Shown here: one piece after another, positions 19,158 through 29,421 of the stretch
Position numbering within the stretch: the stretch's first letter is position 1
Layout of the letters: each line of letters opens with the position of its first letter
Assembly (NCBI GenBank): GCA_020722575.1
Contig: DYKN01000004.1
Span: 37,364-101,363 of the forward strand
Length of the DNA: 64,000 bases
DNA from: Rikenella microfusus
GTDB lineage: Bacteria > Bacteroidota > Bacteroidia > Bacteroidales > VadinHA17
Direction of reading: 5' to 3'
Made by a program: the position numbers and the translations under genes
Notes under the pieces: model-generated
Databases searched by the model: none
What the model saw: the letters and a program-made list of their open reading frames with translations, nothing else
What the model was told of the DNA's origin: nothing

Positions 19158-20882
19158 ATGAAAAGAATAATTATTGCAGGAATAATAATAGTTATAAGTG
19201 GAATTTCTTGTATAAAAAGAAATGCTGATATTTTTTTTACCGATAAAAATGAAAAGATCAACCATGATGAGTTTAATTATTATTATTCTGAAGGTTTACG
19301 TCTCAAGCTTTTGGGAAATAATCCTGAAGCATTGAGAAATTTCGAAAAATGTATTAAAGTAGACCCGGAAAATGATGCTACATATTTCCAGATTGCTAGT
19401 GTGCTATTACAAAACGGAAACATTGATAAAGGGAAAAATTATCTTATAAAGGCGTATAAATTAAATTCTTTAAATGTCTGGTATAGCTATTTACTTACTC
19501 AAATTTATCAGCAAATAGGATCGATTGATAGTTCTATTTATTTTGCAGAAAAGGCTTCTAATTCATTGGCCGAAAGCGAAATTTTAAAATTAAAGCTGAT
19601 TGAATTATACAGAATTAAGGGAGAAAATGATAAAATTGCTCCTTTAGTAAATGAAATAATTAAAAAAAAAGGAATTAATAAACAAAATAGCATTATAATT
19701 ATTAATGCTATGGTGCAACTTGGTTATTATCAGGATGCTGAAAAAATTTTGAAACAATTATATGAAGAGTTTCCTGAAGAAAATTTATATATGCGTATGC
19801 TCGCAGATATTTATGTAAAAAAACATGACAATAATACTGCTTATAAAATTTATAAACAATTTCTTGAAAATTATAATAACAGACCTGATGAGATATTGTG
19901 GGTTATTGATTTCCTGCAAAAAGTAAAAAGATATGATGATCTTATAAAATTCACAGAAGAATTAATAAAAAATGAAAATATAGAAAATAGAGAAAAAATA
20001 AATTTACTGAGTGAACTAATTAATAACGATGAACTTATTAGATGTTGTGAAAATGAATTGGAATACTTGTTTATTGAGTTTGAAAAGGGGTCAAAGAATG
20101 AAGAAGTAAGTCTTTTATTGAGAGTAGATTTATATCAGAAAAGTGGAAGAATAGATGCTGCAATTAAACGTTTAAAAGAGATTATTAAAAAGAATAGGGA
20201 AAACTATTATGCATGGGAAAAGTTATTGATTTTGCTGGAAGAAAACAGGCTCTATAATGACTTATATAAAGAGGCTAAAGAAGCGGCTACAGAATTTAAT
20301 TTATCGATATTAGCAAAATTGCTATTTGTAAGGGCCGCAATAGAAATTGAAGACTATAAAAGTGCAATGGAGGAAATTCGAAAAGCAAAAGTAATTGCAG
20401 GGAATGATAAGGAAACAATTATACAATGTTTACTGATAGAAGCGGATTTATATTATAGAATGAAAGATTATAATAAAGCTTTTGAAGCTTTAGAAAATGT
20501 TTTGAAGAATGATTCTATAAATATAATTGGATTAAATAATTATGCATATTATCTGGCAGAAGCTAATAAGTCTCTTAAAAAGGCTGAAGAGATGATTAAT
20601 ACTGTTATAAAATTAGAACCTGGAAACCCAATTTACCTTGATACTTATGCATGGATTTTATATAAAAAAGGATTAAATAAGAAAGCTGAAAAAGTTATGG
20701 AAGAAGTAATTATAAAATTAAAAGGGGATGATCCTGAATTCTTTGAACATTATGGATATATTTTAATGAAGCTTAAAAAATGTAAAGAGGCAATAATGTA
20801 CTGGAAAATGGCAATTGAAAAGGATAATAAAAAATCATATTTAGAAAAAGAAATTAATTCATGTTTGGAGAAAAGAAAATAA
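19158..20882 (+). CDS. Tetratricopeptide-repeat protein with N-terminal signal/anchor
   Basis: 574 aa of helical 34-residue repeats with the A/Y/L pattern, for example ALRNFEKCIKVDPENDATYFQIASVL and AYYLAEANKSLKKAEEMINTVIKLEPGN. Confidence 0.7.
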   Translation: MKRIIIAGIIIVISGISCIKRNADIFFTDKNEKINHDEFNYYYSEGLRLKLLGNNPEALRNFEKCIKVDPENDATYFQIASVLLQNGNIDKGKNYLIKAYKLNSLNVWYSYLLTQIYQQIGSIDSSIYFAEKASNSLAESEILKLKLIELYRIKGENDKIAPLVNEIIKKKGINKQNSIIIINAMVQLGYYQDAEKILKQLYEEFPEENLYMRMLADIYVKKHDNNTAYKIYKQFLENYNNRPDEILWVIDFLQKVKRYDDLIKFTEELIKNENIENREKINLLSELINNDELIRCCENELEYLFIEFEKGSKNEEVSLLLRVDLYQKSGRIDAAIKRLKEIIKKNRENYYAWEKLLILLEENRLYNDLYKEAKEAATEFNLSILAKLLFVRAAIEIEDYKSAMEEIRKAKVIAGNDKETIIQCLLIEADLYYRMKDYNKAFEALENVLKNDSINIIGLNNYAYYLAEANKSLKKAEEMINTVIKLEPGNPIYLDTYAWILYKKGLNKKAEKVMEEVIIKLKGDDPEFFEHYGYILMKLKKCKEAIMYWKMAIEKDNKKSYLEKEINSCLEKRK

Positions 20883-21619
20883 TATTTGCAATTATTTGGG
20901 TAATATTACTTCAGGGCTGTATAACAACAAAGAATAGTTCAATAAGTGCAAAATATTTTGAAGCAGAAAAAATTATTGATAATACTATTAAAAATAATAT
21001 TACTGAAGTTGGATTTTACATAAAAAGCGGAAGAATATCATTTTATGATGGACAGGAAAAAATGAATTTTCTTTTCAGCGTGAAATATGAAAGAGAAAAG
21101 AAATATTTAATTTCTATAAAAAGTACTGCTGGAATAGAAGCAATTAGAATTTATCTCGATAATGATACAATGTTGATAAATGACCGGATTAACAAAGAAG
21201 TGCTTTATGGAAAATCAACAGAATTTGAAAAAATAACGGGAGTAAAATATGACTTTTTAAAGGTTTGTTTTGGTGATTTACCTGGTAATTATATATATAA
21301 ATGGGAAAAAATTAATGGCGGAAATGAACATATTGAGCTTGAAGGAAACTATAACGGAATATTATTTAAAAGTTTAATTAATTGTAATAACAAAAAACCT
21401 GAAAATACTGTAATATATATAGGAGGAAAAAATCGTTTTCTAAAAATAGAATATGAAAAATATAAAGGAGATCTATATCAATTACCACATGAAACAATTA
21501 TTTATGATTCCGAAAAAAAAATAAAAATGATTTTAAGAATTAAGAAATATATTGTTCCATGGCATGGTGATATTGAGTTTATCCCTGGTGAAGGATATAG
21601 AAAAAGGAAATTTTCATAA
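20861..21619 (+). CDS. Lipoprotein, probably DUF4292 family
   Basis: Lipobox-like ILLQGC. The call rests on my memory of the conserved TPR / DUF4292 / M23 gene order in Bacteroidota, not on a motif. It overlaps the TPR gene by 22 nt. Confidence 0.4.
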   Translation: MFGEKKIIFAIIWVILLQGCITTKNSSISAKYFEAEKIIDNTIKNNITEVGFYIKSGRISFYDGQEKMNFLFSVKYEREKKYLISIKSTAGIEAIRIYLDNDTMLINDRINKEVLYGKSTEFEKITGVKYDFLKVCFGDLPGNYIYKWEKINGGNEHIELEGNYNGILFKSLINCNNKKPENTVIYIGGKNRFLKIEYEKYKGDLYQLPHETIIYDSEKKIKMILRIKKYIVPWHGDIEFIPGEGYRKRKFS

Positions 21620-21621
21620 GA

Positions 21622-22797
21622 ATGAAATATCTCATCTTATTATATATCTTTTTAACATGCGGTTTTTACTCTGTTGCTCAAACAAGAAGTAAACTTGAAG
21701 AGCAACGAAAGAAAACACTTGAAGAAATTGCTTATGTTAATAATCTGCTTCAAGAAACTGAAAAGAGGAAAAACATTGGAATAAATGATTTAAAAATCAT
21801 TAATAATAATATTGAATTAAGAGAGAATATTATTGATGGATTATCGAAAGAAGCTCGCATATTGCTAGAAAGGATTGAATTAAATAATCTAGCTTTAAAA
21901 TTGATGGAAGAAGATTTGTTTAAATTGAAAGAGGAATATAAAAAAGCAATTTTAAGGTCTTATAAAGAAAGTAAAGGATACCCAGAAATAATTTATATTT
22001 TGTCGGCAAAGGATTTCAATCAGGGTTATAAAAGAATTAAATACTTACAGCAGCTAAGTAAAAACAGACGGAATGAAGCTGAGATTATAGGAGAGCTAAA
22101 AGTTGAAATGGAAAAAATAAAAGCAAAGCTTGATAGTGATTTTTTAGAATTGGAGGAAATTAAAAGGAACGAAGAAAATCAAAAACTAATTTTAATAGAG
22201 GAAAAGAAAAAGAAAAATATAATGGTTCGCAATTTAATGAAAAAGGAACGGCAACTTAAGCAAGAATTAGAAGAAAAGAAAAAAATAGCTCAAAGAATAG
22301 AAAATGAAATATTAAAATTAATTGATGAAGAAAAGAAGAAAAGTAATAAGGGGAAGATGACCCCTGAGATGAAATTAATTGGATCGAATTTCGAAGAAAA
22401 TAAAGGCAGATTACCATGGCCAGTAGAAAAAGGTATAATTACAGGAAATTATGGGTTACAAAAACATAAAGAATTGGTTTTTGTAACTGAGAATAATCCA
22501 GGAATAGAAATAACAAGTTATGGAGAAACTAAGGTTAGAAGTGTTTTTAAGGGAGAAGTTGCAAGGGTATTGAGTATAACCGGAGCAAATATGGCAGTAA
22601 TAATAAGACATGGTAATTATTTTACAGTGTATCAAAATCTTGTAAATGTTAGAGTTAAGGCTGGGGATAAAATAGAAACAAAAGAAATAATAGGAGATGT
22701 TTACTTAGATAAAGAACGTCAGGGAAAATCAATATTAAAATTTATGATATTTAAAGAGAAAATAAAACTAAATCCGGAAGAATGGATTGCAAAATAA
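21622..22797 (+). CDS. EnvC-like murein hydrolase activator (coiled coil plus degenerate LytM/M23 domain)
   Basis: Signal peptide, about 220 aa of K/E-rich coiled coil, then a C-terminal LytM fold (NPGIEITSYGETKVRSVFKGEVARV, VIIRHGNYFTVYQNL). The canonical HxxxD and HxH metal ligands are not present, as in non-catalytic EnvC/NlpD. Confidence 0.7.
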   Translation: MKYLILLYIFLTCGFYSVAQTRSKLEEQRKKTLEEIAYVNNLLQETEKRKNIGINDLKIINNNIELRENIIDGLSKEARILLERIELNNLALKLMEEDLFKLKEEYKKAILRSYKESKGYPEIIYILSAKDFNQGYKRIKYLQQLSKNRRNEAEIIGELKVEMEKIKAKLDSDFLELEEIKRNEENQKLILIEEKKKKNIMVRNLMKKERQLKQELEEKKKIAQRIENEILKLIDEEKKKSNKGKMTPEMKLIGSNFEENKGRLPWPVEKGIITGNYGLQKHKELVFVTENNPGIEITSYGETKVRSVFKGEVARVLSITGANMAVIIRHGNYFTVYQNLVNVRVKAGDKIETKEIIGDVYLDKERQGKSILKFMIFKEKIKLNPEEWIAK

Positions 22798-23087
22798 AAA
22801 ATAGAAAGGAAATATATGATATTAAATATCAAAAATTTAAATAGTGAAAAAATTCAATGATTAAGAAGAATTAAATTCAAATATTAAGTAACAAAAATAT
22901 ATTTAATTAAAATAATAGAAAGAGAAAGAAATAATTGAATAAAAAGATGAAGGAATAAATTTTAAAATAAAGAACAGGAATAATAATTCAGGAAATTAAA
23001 ATGAATAACTTTATAGATTATGTTTTAAATATTAAATGAAACAAAATAAAATATATTATGTATAAAAGTTGATAGAATATCGAAAAA

Positions 23088-23489
23088 ATGAAGAGGAAGA
23101 TAAAAATAGCTTCAGAAATAAAGAATCTTCGGATAATCGAAAAAATTATAGATGATATAACTACTGAAAGTGGGATTGACAAGAGTAGTTATGGAAAAAT
23201 CATGGTTAGTACTATGGAAGCTGTAAATAATGCTATATTACATGGAAACAAGTGCGATATAAATCGAAATGTTAATGTTTTTATAAATTTAGAAAAAAAA
23301 GATTTAAAAATAATAATAGAAGATGAAGGTGAAGGATTCAATTACAATAGTATACCTGATCCAACATTACCAGAAAACATTGAAAAGTTCGCTGGAAGAG
23401 GAGTATTTTTAATGCGTAATTTAGCAGATGCAGTTAATTTTAATGAAAAGGGAAACAAGGTTGAATTAGTTTTCAGAAATATTAGATAG
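23088..23489 (+). CDS. Small HATPase_c-type ATP-binding protein (RsbW/SpoIIAB-like anti-sigma regulatory factor)
   Basis: 133 aa with an N-box-like AVNNAILHGN, G1-like IEDEGEGF and G2-like GRGVFLMRN. Confidence 0.6.
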   Translation: MKRKIKIASEIKNLRIIEKIIDDITTESGIDKSSYGKIMVSTMEAVNNAILHGNKCDINRNVNVFINLEKKDLKIIIEDEGEGFNYNSIPDPTLPENIEKFAGRGVFLMRNLADAVNFNEKGNKVELVFRNIR

Positions 23490-23896
23490 TGAAAGTATAT
23501 TATTATAAAATAAAATATAAAGTTAGAGAATCTGGAAGAAAAAGGGTGTTAATTTGCAAGGTCATCAGGAATAATGGTTTTAAACCTGGTGACCTTAAAT
23601 TTATTATTACAAATGATGAAGAAATAAAGAAAATAAATAAAGAATTTCTTGGGCATGATTATCCAACTGATGTAATAAGTTTCAGAATGAATGAAGGAAA
23701 TGAAATAGAAGGAGAAATATATATTAGTATTGATTCTGTAAAATATAACAGTAAAATATATGGAAATACTGTGGATAAAGAACTGTTAAGGGTAATGATT
23801 CATGGAGTACTTCACCTAATTGGTTTAGATGATAATAATGATAAAAACAAAAGGAAAATGAAGGAAGAAGAAGATTTTTGGATTACGAAATATTAA
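23489..23896 (+). CDS. ybeY: rRNA maturation endoribonuclease YbeY
   Basis: 135 aa with a GTG start. Zinc motif region MIHGVLHLIGLDD and an upstream DVISF segment. Confidence 0.85.
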   Translation: MKVYYYKIKYKVRESGRKRVLICKVIRNNGFKPGDLKFIITNDEEIKKINKEFLGHDYPTDVISFRMNEGNEIEGEIYISIDSVKYNSKIYGNTVDKELLRVMIHGVLHLIGLDDNNDKNKRKMKEEEDFWITKY

Positions 23897-23899
23897 TGT

Positions 23900-25774
23900 A
23901 TGGAATTTCAATTCGATATTGTAGTAATAGGTGGTGGACATGCTGGTTGTGAAGCAGCACATATTGCAGCAAAAATGGGATTAAAAACTGTTCTTATAAC
24001 TATGGACATGACAAAATTTGCTCAGATGTCATGCAATCCTGCAATGGGTGGTGTCGCAAAGGGACAAATCATACGTGAAATTGATGCTCTTGGAGGGTTA
24101 AGTGGAATTATTACAGACCGTTCAATGATACAATTCCGAATGCTTAATAGGTCAAAAGGTCCTGCAATGTGGAGTCCTAGGGCACAATGCGATAGAATGT
24201 TATTTTCGCGTGAAGTTAGAAAAGAACTTGAAAGAACAGAAAATTTATTTTTATGGCAGGAAGAAGTAAAAAAAATAATTATAGAGGAAAAAAATGTTAA
24301 AGGTGTTGAAACTGTTTTTGGGAATAAATTCATTTGTAAAGCGGTTATTCTAACAGCTGGGACATTTTTGAACGGCTTGATGCATGTTGGGATGAAAACA
24401 CATATGGGAGGAAGGTCTGGAGATATGCCTTCCGTAGAATTGAGCAATGGTTTAGTTAAAGAAGGATTTAAAATTGGTCGACTAAAAACAGGAACAAGTG
24501 CAAGGATTGACGGTAGAACAATTAATTTTAAATTAATGGTAGAACAGAAGGGTGATGGAGAAGGAAGATGTTTCTCATATATGCATAATAATATAAAAAT
24601 AGAAGATGAAAAGAGTTGTTATATAACCTATACAAATATAGAGGCTCATGAAGAATTGAAAAAAGGTCTTGACAGAAGCCCACTGTTTAAAGGAATCATT
24701 AAAGGTCGTGGACCAAGATATTGTCCCAGTATTGAAGATAAAATAGTAACGTTTAAAGAAAAAGAAAGACATCAGCTGTTTATCGAGCCAGAAGGACGTG
24801 ATACGATTGAATATTATATAAATGGTTTTGCAAGTAGTCTACCCTTAGAGGTTCAAGTAAATGCTTTAAGAAAAATAAAAGGATTGGAAAATGTGGAAAT
24901 ATACAGGCCAGGTTATGCGATTGAATACGATTATTTTCCTCCTACTCAATTAAATCATACACTTGAAACAAAAATGGTCAAAGGGCTATATTTTGCTGGA
25001 CAGGTAAATGGGACAACTGGCTACGAAGAAGCGGCTGCTCAAGGGTTAATAGCGGGTATAAATGCAGCTCGAAAAATAAAAGGAGAAAATGAATTTATCT
25101 TAAAAAGAGATGAAGCATATATTGGAGTTTTAATAGATGATCTAGTAATTAAAGGAATTGATGAACCATATAGAATGTTTACTGCAAGAGCGGAGTACAG
25201 GATTCTATTAAGACAGGATAATGCTGATGAAAGATTAACAAGAAAAGGTTATGAAATCGGGTCAGTTGATAATGAACGAATTAAACGGCTTGAAGAAAAA
25301 GAGGCATTAATTGAAGAGACAATAGATTTTGTTAAGAAAAGAAGTATTATACCTGAAAGTATTAATGAATTTTTAGCTAAAAAAGAAACTACACCTATAA
25401 ATCAAAAAACAAAATTAATAAATTTATTACTTCGTCCACAAATAGGGATTAAAGAATTGCTTCTAAATAGTAAAGAAGCAAGAAAGCTTAAAGTATTTGA
25501 TAGTGATAGGCAGGATGAAATCTTTGAATCGGTGGAGATTAGAATTAAATATGACGGTTATATAAAAAGAGAGCAATTAATAGCTGAAAAAATTAAAAGA
25601 TTAGAAGATATAATTTTACCTAAAGGTATTGACTATGATGCGCTGAAGTCTATTTCGACTGAAGGGAGAGAAAAGCTAAAAAGGATCAAACCATATACAA
25701 TTGGTCAGGCTAGTAGAATAAGTGGAGTTTCACCATCTGACATAAATGTATTATTAATGTATCTGGGAAGATAA
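23900..25774 (+). CDS. mnmG: tRNA uridine 5-carboxymethylaminomethyl modification enzyme MnmG
   Basis: 624 aa. FAD-binding VIGGGHAGCEAA, SCNPAMGG, GPRYCPSIEDK and FFAGQVNGTTGYEEAAAQG. Confidence 0.95.
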   Translation: MEFQFDIVVIGGGHAGCEAAHIAAKMGLKTVLITMDMTKFAQMSCNPAMGGVAKGQIIREIDALGGLSGIITDRSMIQFRMLNRSKGPAMWSPRAQCDRMLFSREVRKELERTENLFLWQEEVKKIIIEEKNVKGVETVFGNKFICKAVILTAGTFLNGLMHVGMKTHMGGRSGDMPSVELSNGLVKEGFKIGRLKTGTSARIDGRTINFKLMVEQKGDGEGRCFSYMHNNIKIEDEKSCYITYTNIEAHEELKKGLDRSPLFKGIIKGRGPRYCPSIEDKIVTFKEKERHQLFIEPEGRDTIEYYINGFASSLPLEVQVNALRKIKGLENVEIYRPGYAIEYDYFPPTQLNHTLETKMVKGLYFAGQVNGTTGYEEAAAQGLIAGINAARKIKGENEFILKRDEAYIGVLIDDLVIKGIDEPYRMFTARAEYRILLRQDNADERLTRKGYEIGSVDNERIKRLEEKEALIEETIDFVKKRSIIPESINEFLAKKETTPINQKTKLINLLLRPQIGIKELLLNSKEARKLKVFDSDRQDEIFESVEIRIKYDGYIKREQLIAEKIKRLEDIILPKGIDYDALKSISTEGREKLKRIKPYTIGQASRISGVSPSDINVLLMYLGR

Positions 25775-25795
25775 ATGTTCCACGTGGAACATTTA
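25772..25795. repeat. Perfect 24-bp palindrome TAAATGTTCCACGTGGAACATTTA (function unknown: transcript hairpin/terminator or operator)
   Basis: Read directly from the sequence; the reverse complement is identical. It includes the mnmG stop codon (25772-25774) and ends 17 nt before the ade start codon (25813). Confidence 0.85.
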
Positions 25796-25812
25796 AAAAA
25801 ATATTTTAAAAA

Positions 25813-27441
25813 ATGGGTGTAAAAGGAAATATAATTGATATTCACTCACGTAGAATTTTCCCAGGTAAATTGTTTATCGATGACGGTATAATCAAAAATA
25901 TTGAAGAAACTAAAGAAAATGAAGAAAGATATATTTTACCTGGGCTTATAGATGCACATATTCATATAGAAAGTTCAATGTGTACACCAGGTGCATTTGC
26001 AGTTGAAGCTGTTTCACATGGAACAACTGCTGTTGTTGCCGATCCTCATGAAATAGCAAATGTGTTGGGATTGGAGGGTGTCAGGTTTATGACTGAGGAT
26101 GCAAAAGAGGTTCCTTTAAAGTTTTTATTTGGAGCTCCTTCTTGTGTACCTGCTACAAATTATGAAACATCAGGAGCATCAATAGATGCAAATGATATAG
26201 AAGAATTATTTAAATCAGGTGAAGCTTCTTTCCTCGCAGAAATGATGAATTTCCCGGGTGTGATATTAGATGATGATGATGTAATCGAAAAAATAAATAT
26301 TGCACGGAAGTATGGTAAAAATATTGACGGACACTCACCAGGCCTCTCAGGAAAAGAGTTGAAAAAATATATTTCAAAAGGAATAACAACTGATCATGAA
26401 TGCAGCACATTGCAAGAAGCCCTTGAAAAAATTTCGCTTGGAATGAAAATTTTAATCAGGGAAGGAAGTGCTGCAAGAAATCTCGAAGCACTAAAAGATT
26501 TATTGAATTTAAAGCCGGAAAAAGTAATGTTATGCAGCGATGATCTACACCCTGAAACACTTGTTGAAAGACATATTAACAAAATCGTCGCAAAACTTGT
26601 AAAAGAAAATTTTAATCTTTTCGATACAATTAAAGCTTGTACTTTTAATCCTGCAAAACATTATTCTATAAATGCCGGACTCCTTCGAATAAATGATCCT
26701 GCCGACTTCATCATTGTTGATAACCCCGCAGAAATGAATGTCCTTGAAACATGGATAAACGGAATAAAAGTATTTGATAGAGGGAACCTCCTTTTTAACT
26801 ATTCAGGGGCAAAACCAATAAATAAGTTTAATTGTACGGAAATTTCGGCCAACCAGATTCAAATCAAGCGCGAAGGAAATTTTTTACGAGTAATACAGGC
26901 ATTCGACGGAGAACTCATTACCAGAGAAATAAACATACCAGCAGAATCTGAAGATTACATTTATCAAAGCATTAATAAAGATATTCTCAAAATAGTAGTA
27001 AAAGATAGATATAGAAATTTACCCCCGGTAACGGGACTGATAAATGGGTTTGGACTTAAACGTGGCGCTATTGCATCTTCGGTGGCCCATGATAGTCATA
27101 ACATTATTTGTGTTGGAACAAATGATGATGATATTGTGAACGCTGTCAATGAAATAGTGCGTTTGAAAGGTGGACTATCCGTAGCTGATGCTGGTGATAT
27201 CGAATCCCTTGCATTACCTGTAGCTGGTATAATGTCAGATAAACCATTGAAGCAGGTAGCAAAATTATATCAAACTCTTACGGAAAAAGCAAAAAATTTG
27301 GGCTGCTCCCTCAAAGCTCCATTTATGACACTTTCGTTTATGGCTTTACTGGTCATACCGGAACTGAAGATAAGCGATCGCGGACTCTTTGATTCAAAAC
27401 AGTTCAGATTTGTACCTGTGACATTTAATAAGATCAATTGA
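25813..27441 (+). CDS. ade: Adenine deaminase
   Basis: 542 aa. Amidohydrolase HxH in LPGLIDAHIHIESSM, with overall Ade length and layout. Confidence 0.85.
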   Translation: MGVKGNIIDIHSRRIFPGKLFIDDGIIKNIEETKENEERYILPGLIDAHIHIESSMCTPGAFAVEAVSHGTTAVVADPHEIANVLGLEGVRFMTEDAKEVPLKFLFGAPSCVPATNYETSGASIDANDIEELFKSGEASFLAEMMNFPGVILDDDDVIEKINIARKYGKNIDGHSPGLSGKELKKYISKGITTDHECSTLQEALEKISLGMKILIREGSAARNLEALKDLLNLKPEKVMLCSDDLHPETLVERHINKIVAKLVKENFNLFDTIKACTFNPAKHYSINAGLLRINDPADFIIVDNPAEMNVLETWINGIKVFDRGNLLFNYSGAKPINKFNCTEISANQIQIKREGNFLRVIQAFDGELITREINIPAESEDYIYQSINKDILKIVVKDRYRNLPPVTGLINGFGLKRGAIASSVAHDSHNIICVGTNDDDIVNAVNEIVRLKGGLSVADAGDIESLALPVAGIMSDKPLKQVAKLYQTLTEKAKNLGCSLKAPFMTLSFMALLVIPELKISDRGLFDSKQFRFVPVTFNKIN

Positions 27442-27596
27442 AAGACTAAGGATTGACGGTTAAAATACAATTATTTGTTCGTCTTTTAATTTATTGAGAT
27501 TTTAAGTAAAGGGATCTTATATAAGGATCGGGAGTTTATTAAAATCCTATAAAAACAGAATGTTTGCACCTGTAGTTTATCGTCAGGAATTCTTCT

Positions 27597-27604
27597 TAAT
27601 TTTG
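27597..27604 (+). promoter_or_regulatory. Candidate -7 box (TAATTTTG) for uvrC
   Basis: Matches TAnnTTTG, 18 nt upstream of the ATG at 27622. Confidence 0.3.
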
Positions 27605-27621
27605 TATTTGTTAAATGAATC

Positions 27622-29421
27622 ATGCGGCTTGATCCTGACTTAATATTACCATTATTGCCTTCAAAACCCGGTGTATATCAATTTTTCGACTCGGCAGGCA
27701 AATTATTATATGTTGGTAAGGCTGGTAACCTAAAAAAGAGGGTAAGTTCATATTTTAATAGAACCTTACCGGGGAAAACCGCAGTTATGCTATCCAGGGC
27801 AGCCTCAATCCGCCATATAGTAACAGAGACTGAATCTGACGCTCTACTTCTTGAAAATAATTTGATTAAAAAACATCAACCCAAGTATAATATACTTCTT
27901 AAAGACGATAAAACATATCCATGGATATGCGTTAAAAATGAACCTTTCCCTCGGGTATTCAGCACCAGAAATTTAGTGCGTGATGGATCTGAATATTTTG
28001 GACCCTACACATCTATGGTAATGGTAAAAACCATTCTGGAACTTGTGCGTAATCTATATCCATTACGGAACTGTAATTTGAATTTATCCGAAGGAAATAT
28101 AAAATCCGGCAAATTTAAAGCATGTCTGGAACTCCAACTGGGAAACTGTATGGCACCATGTATTGGAAAGCAAACTACAGAAGAATATGAGTTTAATGTT
28201 TCACAGATCAGGGAGATTCTAAAGGGGAATATTGGAGAAGTGACTGAACATTTGAAAAAAAAGATGCAGAGATTAGCTTTAGATCTGAAATTTGAGGAGG
28301 CACAGAAAATAAAAGAAAGAATAGAACTTTTGTCAAAATACCGGAGTAAATCGGTTATTGTTAATCCAGCTATTAAAAATGTTGACGTTTTTGGTTACGC
28401 TGAGGACAAAGAATATGCTTATATAAATTATCTAAAAGTCAATAATGGTTCTGTAGTTCAAGCTTTTACGCTCGAGATAAAAAGTCGTCTCGAGGAGGAA
28501 AAGGAATCACTTTTAGGAACAGGCATAACTGAAATAAAACAAAAAATACCAGGTGATGCGCAGGAAATAATCGTACCGTTTATGCCGGATATTAAAGCAG
28601 AAGGGAAAAAGTATACTGTTCCTGCTGCTGGTGACAAAAAGAAACTATTGGAACTTGCAATCAGAAATGCGATGTATTATAGGCAGGAACAACAGCGAAA
28701 AAGAGAAGAACGCGACCGTGAAAACCCAACCAGATCAAAGCTGGAAAAAGTAAAAACAGATCTACACCTTGCATCGGTACCTGAGCATATTGAATGTTTC
28801 GATAATTCAAATATTTCCGGTTTTAATCCTGTGGCTGCATGCGTGGTATTCCGTGGCGGAAAACCTTCAAAGAAAGAATATCGCCATTTTAATGTTAAAA
28901 CTGTTGAAGGCCCTGATGATTATTCTTCAATTGAAGAAATTGTTTACAGACGTTACCGAAGAATGCTGGAGGAAAATAAATCTTTGCCTCAACTTGTGGT
29001 TATTGATGGCGGGAAGGGACAACTGAATGCTGCCCTGAAAAGTCTTGAAAAACTTCAGTTAAAAGAAAAAATAGCTGTAATAGGTATTGCTAAAAAACTT
29101 GAGGAAATATTTTTCCCGGGAGATTCAATTCCCTTTTACTTAGATAAAAACTCAGTAACACTTAAATTAATACAACAAATACGAAATGAAGCTCACCGGT
29201 TTGGAATTACTTTTCATAGGCAGAAGAGGTCAAAACAAATGACAACTTCTGAACTCGATGGTATAAAGGGTATCGGCCCTAAAACAAAGGAATTATTGCT
29301 TAAAACATTTGGTTCGGTAGAAGAAATGAAAAAAGTTTCTTTTGAAAAACTTTCAGAAACTATCGGGAAGGTGAAGGCAAAAATTTTATATGAATATTTA
29401 AATAAGGGAAGTGAAAACTAA
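27622..29421 (+). CDS. uvrC: Excinuclease ABC subunit C
   Basis: GIY-YIG N-terminus (PGVYQFFDSAGKLLYVGKAGNLKKRVSSYF), UvrBC domain and a C-terminal helix-hairpin-helix (IKGIGPKTKELLLKTFGS). Confidence 0.95.
   Translation: MRLDPDLILPLLPSKPGVYQFFDSAGKLLYVGKAGNLKKRVSSYFNRTLPGKTAVMLSRAASIRHIVTETESDALLLENNLIKKHQPKYNILLKDDKTYPWICVKNEPFPRVFSTRNLVRDGSEYFGPYTSMVMVKTILELVRNLYPLRNCNLNLSEGNIKSGKFKACLELQLGNCMAPCIGKQTTEEYEFNVSQIREILKGNIGEVTEHLKKKMQRLALDLKFEEAQKIKERIELLSKYRSKSVIVNPAIKNVDVFGYAEDKEYAYINYLKVNNGSVVQAFTLEIKSRLEEEKESLLGTGITEIKQKIPGDAQEIIVPFMPDIKAEGKKYTVPAAGDKKKLLELAIRNAMYYRQEQQRKREERDRENPTRSKLEKVKTDLHLASVPEHIECFDNSNISGFNPVAACVVFRGGKPSKKEYRHFNVKTVEGPDDYSSIEEIVYRRYRRMLEENKSLPQLVVIDGGKGQLNAALKSLEKLQLKEKIAVIGIAKKLEEIFFPGDSIPFYLDKNSVTLKLIQQIRNEAHRFGITFHRQKRSKQMTTSELDGIKGIGPKTKELLLKTFGSVEEMKKVSFEKLSETIGKVKAKILYEYLNKGSEN

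Noticed and set aside
17122-23896. Lower-GC stretch (rows near 20-30% GC, K/N/I-rich proteins) as a horizontally acquired island
   Set aside because: The genes are core functions (dut, ybeY, envelope genes) in a gene order I recognise as conserved in Bacteroidota. GC rises again inside the conserved parts of mnmG, so the variation tracks protein conservation rather than foreign origin. No integrase, tRNA or flanking repeats are present.
23489-23896. YbeY with Asp instead of the third zinc-binding His (HGVLHLIGLDD versus HGxLHLxGYDH)
   Set aside because: From memory, Bacteroidota YbeY proteins commonly end this motif with Asp, so it is probably lineage-typical rather than a loss of function. 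This needs an alignment to confirm.
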